Program-made: the position numbers and the translations under genes | Shown here: positions 59,216-64,000 of the stretch, piece after piece | How positions within the stretch are numbered: the first letter of the stretch is position 1 | How the letters are laid out: each line of letters begins with the position of its first letter | The notes under the pieces: generated by a model | What the model was told of the DNA's origin: nothing | Databases searched by the model: none | What the model saw: only the letters and a program-made list of their open reading frames with translations | Origin: Leptolyngbyaceae cyanobacterium | GTDB lineage: Bacteria > Cyanobacteriota > Cyanobacteriia > Phormidesmidales > Phormidesmidaceae | Assembly: GCA_965263355.1 (NCBI GenBank) | Contig: CBDHHL010000032.1 | Span: 1,248,001 to 1,312,000, forward strand | DNA: 64,000 bases | Direction: 5' to 3'

Positions 59216-59249
59216 AGTGTAGTGGCACAGTATGCTGTGCCACTACACT
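59216..59249. repeat. Perfect 15-bp-stem palindrome (REP-like or terminator) between convergent genes
   Basis: AGTGTAGTGGCACAG-TATG-CTGTGCCACTACACT. Confidence 0.65.
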
Positions 59250-59259
59250 CGACAAGTCC

Positions 59260-62200
59260 CTACATCGCTGGTCCCTGGTGTGATTTAAACGATTCGCTCA
59301 GCCCCTTAACCAGAATGTATAAAATCGGTACTACAAACAAGCTTAAAAACGTCGCTACAAACATCCCCCCAAAGACCGCTGTCCCTAGCGACTGACGACT
59401 CCCCGCACCGGCCCCCGTAGCAATCACCAATGGAAAAATACTACTCAGTGTAGAAATCGCCGTCATCAAAATCGGTCGCATTCTAGACTGGGCCGATTCT
59501 AATGCCGCTTTGACAATGGGTAATCCCTGGTCCCGTAGCTGGTTGGCAAACTCCACAATTAAAATAGAATTTTTACTGGCTAGACCAATCAACATTACCA
59601 GACCAATCTGACAATAAACATCATTGGGTAACCCTCGCATGGACTGGGCTAACAGGGCTCCAAACACCGCCAACGGCACCGCAAAAAGAATAATCACCGG
59701 ATCCACATAGCTCTCGTACTGGGCTGCTAAAACCAGAAATACAAAAACGATACCCAGACCAAAGATAATCGGCGCTTGACTGCCCGACTCAATCTCTTCC
59801 AGGGCACTGCCCGTCCATTCATAGCCCAGACTCGCTGGCAACACCTGCTCCGCCACCGTTTCCATGGTGTCGATAGCGGCCCCCGAACTCACGCCGGGGG
59901 CTGCCTGACCATTGATTTCAATGGACCGAAAGAGATTGTAATGGTTAATGGTTTGGGCTCCGGTAGTCTCGCTCAGACTTACCAGATTACCCATGGAAAT
60001 CATGGCATCGTTGTTGGAACGTACATAAAGCCTATTAATGTCGTCTGGCGATGAGCGATATTGTTGGTCGGCCTGGACATAGACGCGGTAGGTCCGGCCT
60101 TGTAAGGTAAAGTCGTTGACATAGCGTGACCCCAAATAGGTTTGCAGGGTACCAAAGACTTCATTAATGTCAACATCCAATGCCTTCGCCTTGTCGCGAT
60201 CTACGTCAATCTCAATCAGGGGAGAATTTGCGGCGTAGGTACTAAACACCGCCTGCAGGCTGGGGTTCTGGTTGGCTGCCCCTAGCAGGCCAAACATATT
60301 TTGTACTAGGGTATCGATGGTTAAGTTACCACGTCGATCTTGGAGCTGAAACTGGAAACCGCTAAAACTGCTAAGCCCCTGAATCGAGGGAGGATTGACT
60401 GGAAATACACGGGCCTCTGTAATCTGGGAGAACTGGCCAAAGAGTTGACCAATCAGGCTAAAGGATGTTGTACCGGGGGGCCGTTCTTGCCAGGGGACCA
60501 GGGTGGTAAAGACAACACCATTGTTGGCAGTATTACCATTAAAGCTAAAGCCCCCCACCGCAAAGGTAGCCCTCACGCCATCCTGGGCCAAAATTGTCTC
60601 TTCTACCTGGCGCATTACCTTACTGGTCTGGTTTAGCGATGTGCCCTCTGGTCCCTGGATCAGGGTAATGAAATAGCCCTGGTCTTCGTCAGGCAAAAAG
60701 GCGGAGGGGACACTGCTGTAGAGCCAGCCGGTTAAGACCAGGGATAGGACAAAGGCCGCTAAAACAAAGGCTTTAAGCCGATTGAGAATGCGTAGCGTAT
60801 CGCCATACTGGACCCGCAGATTGTCTAAAAATCGGTTAAAGGGGGTAAAAATAATGTCCAGCCAGCCGTGTCCGCCAGTGTTTTGACGCAGCAGTAACCC
60901 CGCCAGGGTGGGGGTAAGGGTAAGGGCATTAAAGGTGGAGAGTGCGATCGCAAACGCAATGGTCAACGCAAACTGTCGATACAGTGCCCCGGTGGTCCCT
61001 GGAAAAAATGCCACCGGAATAAACACCGCCATCAGCACCAACGATGTCGCAATCACAGCCCCCGTCAGCTCCCGCATCGACTCCACCGCCGCCAGCGTGG
61101 GGGACAAGCCTCGATGCTGAATCTTAGAGGAAATGTCTTCTACCACCACAATGGCATCATCCACCACCATGCCCGTGGCCAGGGTCAGGCCAAACAGAGT
61201 CAAACTGTTGATGGAAAAGCCAAAGATTTTAACAATTGTAAATGTGCCAATCAGGGCGATGGGAATGGTAATCGCTGGAATTACTGTTGTCCGCCAATCT
61301 TGCAGAAACAGATAAATCACCAGCACCACCAAACCCACCGCCTGAATCAGGGTCCAAACTACACGGGAGAGAGACTGACGCACAAATTCTGTAGTATCAA
61401 AACCAATGCCGTACTCCATCCCCTGGGGAAACTCCTGTGACAGCTCTGCCATCACATCTTTCACCCCCTGGGCCACCTGCAACGCATTACTACCAGGCAG
61501 TTGGAAAATTCCCAACCCCACCGATTCATTGCCCTTAAATCGCAGGAACGTACTGTAGCTTTCTGCCCCTAACTCTGCCCGCCCCACATCCTTAAGCTTC
61601 ACCAGGGAACCATTCTCGCCAGTTTTCACCACCAGCTCTTCAAACTCAGACACCTCCTGCAAACGACTCACTGCCCGCAGGTCAATCTGAAAGGTTTGGT
61701 CCTCCGGTGAAGGCGGCTGACCAATTTGTCCCGCCCCAATCTGAATATTTTGTTCTTGCAGGGCTTCAACAACGTCATCGGCAGTCAGATCGCGGCTAGC
61801 CAACCGCTGGGGGTCTAACCACAGCCGCATCGCATAGGTGCGTTCACCAAAAATTACCACATCCCCAACACCGGGCACCCGCCGCAGGGCATCGACAATA
61901 TAGAGGTCGGCGTAGTTACTCAAAAACACATTATCAAAGGTGTCATCCTCTGAAAACAGACTCATGGCCAGCAAAATATTACTGTTCTGCTTAGACACCA
62001 CTACGCCTGTCTGACGTACTTCTTCTGGCAGCTGAGGCTCTGCTAGAGAGACTCGATTTTGTACATCTACCGCCGCAATGTCCTTATCTCGACTGGCGTC
62101 AAAGGTAACAACAATATTGCTAATGCCATTGTTACTGCTATTGGAGGAGATATAGCGCATCCCCTCCACCCCATTAATCTCCCGTTCCAGTACCGTGGTT

Positions 62201-62382
62201 ACCGCTTTTTCAACGGTTTCGGCATCGGCACCAATATAGGTAGCTGTAACATTAATCTGGGTAGGACTAATGTCTGGGTATTGGGCAATGGGCAGGGTGG
62301 GAATACTGACCGCACCAATTAACAAAATGATAATGGCGCAAACAGTGGCAAAAACAGGCCGCTTAATAAAATAGTTGACCAT
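59260..62382 (-). CDS. RND efflux transporter permease (HAE1/AcrB family)
   Basis: FIKRPVFA, LPIAQYP, GMVVDDAIVVVE, KNSILIVEFA, RMRPILMT. Confidence 0.96.
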   Translation of the reverse strand: MVNYFIKRPVFATVCAIIILLIGAVSIPTLPIAQYPDISPTQINVTATYIGADAETVEKAVTTVLEREINGVEGMRYISSNSSNNGISNIVVTFDASRDKDIAAVDVQNRVSLAEPQLPEEVRQTGVVVSKQNSNILLAMSLFSEDDTFDNVFLSNYADLYIVDALRRVPGVGDVVIFGERTYAMRLWLDPQRLASRDLTADDVVEALQEQNIQIGAGQIGQPPSPEDQTFQIDLRAVSRLQEVSEFEELVVKTGENGSLVKLKDVGRAELGAESYSTFLRFKGNESVGLGIFQLPGSNALQVAQGVKDVMAELSQEFPQGMEYGIGFDTTEFVRQSLSRVVWTLIQAVGLVVLVIYLFLQDWRTTVIPAITIPIALIGTFTIVKIFGFSINSLTLFGLTLATGMVVDDAIVVVEDISSKIQHRGLSPTLAAVESMRELTGAVIATSLVLMAVFIPVAFFPGTTGALYRQFALTIAFAIALSTFNALTLTPTLAGLLLRQNTGGHGWLDIIFTPFNRFLDNLRVQYGDTLRILNRLKAFVLAAFVLSLVLTGWLYSSVPSAFLPDEDQGYFITLIQGPEGTSLNQTSKVMRQVEETILAQDGVRATFAVGGFSFNGNTANNGVVFTTLVPWQERPPGTTSFSLIGQLFGQFSQITEARVFPVNPPSIQGLSSFSGFQFQLQDRRGNLTIDTLVQNMFGLLGAANQNPSLQAVFSTYAANSPLIEIDVDRDKAKALDVDINEVFGTLQTYLGSRYVNDFTLQGRTYRVYVQADQQYRSSPDDINRLYVRSNNDAMISMGNLVSLSETTGAQTINHYNLFRSIEINGQAAPGVSSGAAIDTMETVAEQVLPASLGYEWTGSALEEIESGSQAPIIFGLGIVFVFLVLAAQYESYVDPVIILFAVPLAVFGALLAQSMRGLPNDVYCQIGLVMLIGLASKNSILIVEFANQLRDQGLPIVKAALESAQSRMRPILMTAISTLSSIFPLVIATGAGAGSRQSLGTAVFGGMFVATFLSLFVVPILYILVKGLSESFKSHQGPAM

Positions 62383-62472
62383 GGGAAGATGCCGTTAGGG
62401 TAAAAGAGAATTTAGGGGCTGGCCTTATACCTGCCCTATATCAGCCAATCTAAACTTGTCAGCCAACAAACA

Positions 62473-63864
62473 TTAAGGAGACGATACAGCTGCGTCAGTG
62501 ACCTCTTCCTGCACAGTAATGGGGACACCATCTTGCAAATTCAAGAGACCGGTGGTGATAATTTGCTCCCCTGGGGAGAGACCGTCTAGCACTTGAAAGT
62601 TGTTGCCCTGCATAGGGCCTAATGTCACGGGGCGGAGTTGAGCGACTTGGCCTTCACTTGGTGGTGCTGCACCTTGCCCTTCATTGGAGGGCTGTCCCGC
62701 TTCAGGCGGGGGCGTATCCACCGCTACATAAACAAATGACTGTCCCCCTAAACGGGTAATCGCAGTGGCAGGCACCAATAGACCGGGACGCTGATCTAAA
62801 ATGATGCGCACATTCACCCGCTGATTGTCCTGCAAACTGCCTGATAGATTCGAGAATCGAGCTTTGGCCAACACTGTCTGGGTCAACGCATCGGTTTGAG
62901 GGGCAATAAAACTTAGAGCACCAGTGGCAACAGGGGCATTGGCTCCAAAGGGTAACAATTCCACCGGCATACCCAGCTGGATCTCCCCAATCTGCTCAGC
63001 AGGAACATCTATTTCCAGCTCCAGCACTTCATTTTGGGTAATGGTGGTAAGGGTACCACCAGGTTGCACATAGTCCCCAAGCTCCACGGGGATATCGCCA
63101 ACTACTCCGGCAATGGGGGCTGTTACCGTCTTGTCGAGCAGGTCTTCACGGGTGGCGGCGGCAGTGGCCTGGGACTGGTCTAAAAATGCTTCGGCCTGGG
63201 CAAAACTGGCCTGGGCAGCTTCGATTTCTTCCGTGGCCGCATCCAGGGACGCAATGGCAGCATTGCGATCGCGCTCCACCTCATCCAGTTCTTGCAGGGA
63301 CTGAGCCCCGGCATCCACCAGGCGTTTGGTTCGTGCAAACTCAGTATTTTGCAACTTCACATCCGCTTCTGTACGAATCCGCTGGGCTACCAAGGACTGC
63401 AGCTGAGCACGGGCATTATCACGGGCAGATTGAGCCGCACTAACGCTGGCCAACGCTGCACTTAGCTCAGCCTGGGAGCGATCGGCACTGAGTTCCATAA
63501 TCGGATCGCCTGCTGCTACCCGGTCGCCAGACGAGACATAAATCCGCGTAATGCGACCATTGGCTTCGGGCTGTAATACCACCCCAGCCTGAGCATCCAA
63601 TCTGCCTACAAATGCTGCCTGGTCTCGCAATGTGGAGGTTTGCAACTGGGCTAACGTCACCGGAACAGCACCGCCCATGGGCATCCCCGATGGTGCCCCA
63701 CCTCTCTCTAACAACCGCCACAGGGCAAAGCTTCCCCCGGCCAAAACAATCAAGGCCGCCAACCAAATCAACCAGTTACGACGAGTGGGCACCTGAGACG
63801 ACGCTGAGGAAGACCGCATAGAGGCAACATCCACTGTCGTTGAAGGACTAGAGTGTGAATTCAT
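62473..63864 (-). CDS. RND efflux periplasmic adaptor (membrane fusion protein)
   Basis: N-terminal TM, lipoyl-like halves (GRITRIYVSSGDRV; VTAPIAGVVG), coiled-coil hairpin; ATG at 63864 preferred over 63954. Confidence 0.93.
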   Translation of the reverse strand: MNSHSSPSTTVDVASMRSSSASSQVPTRRNWLIWLAALIVLAGGSFALWRLLERGGAPSGMPMGGAVPVTLAQLQTSTLRDQAAFVGRLDAQAGVVLQPEANGRITRIYVSSGDRVAAGDPIMELSADRSQAELSAALASVSAAQSARDNARAQLQSLVAQRIRTEADVKLQNTEFARTKRLVDAGAQSLQELDEVERDRNAAIASLDAATEEIEAAQASFAQAEAFLDQSQATAAATREDLLDKTVTAPIAGVVGDIPVELGDYVQPGGTLTTITQNEVLELEIDVPAEQIGEIQLGMPVELLPFGANAPVATGALSFIAPQTDALTQTVLAKARFSNLSGSLQDNQRVNVRIILDQRPGLLVPATAITRLGGQSFVYVAVDTPPPEAGQPSNEGQGAAPPSEGQVAQLRPVTLGPMQGNNFQVLDGLSPGEQIITTGLLNLQDGVPITVQEEVTDAAVSSP

Positions 63865-64000
63865 AAAGATGAAATCTTGACAAGAATCGAACGTAACGAC
63901 CCTTATTGATAGTTCTATATTATCGAACTTTAGTAAAAATATACCAAAATTCAAACCCGAATATTGATATGGAATTGTTGTTAACGTCGCTACTGTTCCG

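Overview
Chromosomal DNA from a cyanobacterium. Frequent HIP1 octamers (GCGATCGC) and the gap2-murC-murB-ybaB gene order support this; a filamentous Leptolyngbya-like lineage is my inference. The first ~22.7 kb is mostly core genes: an M23 peptidase, selD-selU selenouridine genes, a radical SAM enzyme, GAPDH, murC/murB, YbaB, an LMW phosphatase, a photolyase-family gene, a GT39, a Cys-less phycobiliprotein-like protein and a cellulose synthase. About 22.8-45.7 kb is accessory and rich in conflict genes: an HxlR/ECH/LLM/SDR cassette, a TPR-CHAT protease, a PIN toxin-antitoxin pair, a TerB-GTPase/LeoA-like GTPase/alpha-beta hydrolase operon, an aquaporin and a stretch of IS debris (an intact ISAs1 between two 5'-truncated genes, plus IS982 and RAYT fragments). 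It ends in a coupled CHAT-TIR-AAA_35 / AAA_35-TM-coiled-coil-GUN4 pair. The GUN4 3' end is split by two frameshifts and holds a 95-nt tract with only two adenines, resembling a hypermutated variable region. The right part has NhaC, a divergent LexA with tandem operator-like boxes (echoed upstream of the photolyase), a HerA-like ATPase, a GIY-YIG protein, a STAS-sugar transferase fusion, BON and DUF389 proteins, a nonsense pseudogene, a small gene with a ~230-nt structured leader, and an RND efflux pair. One MITE-like repeat family occurs five times. I found no rRNA, tRNA, CRISPR array or reverse transcriptase. All assignments come from reading motifs by eye; no searches were run.
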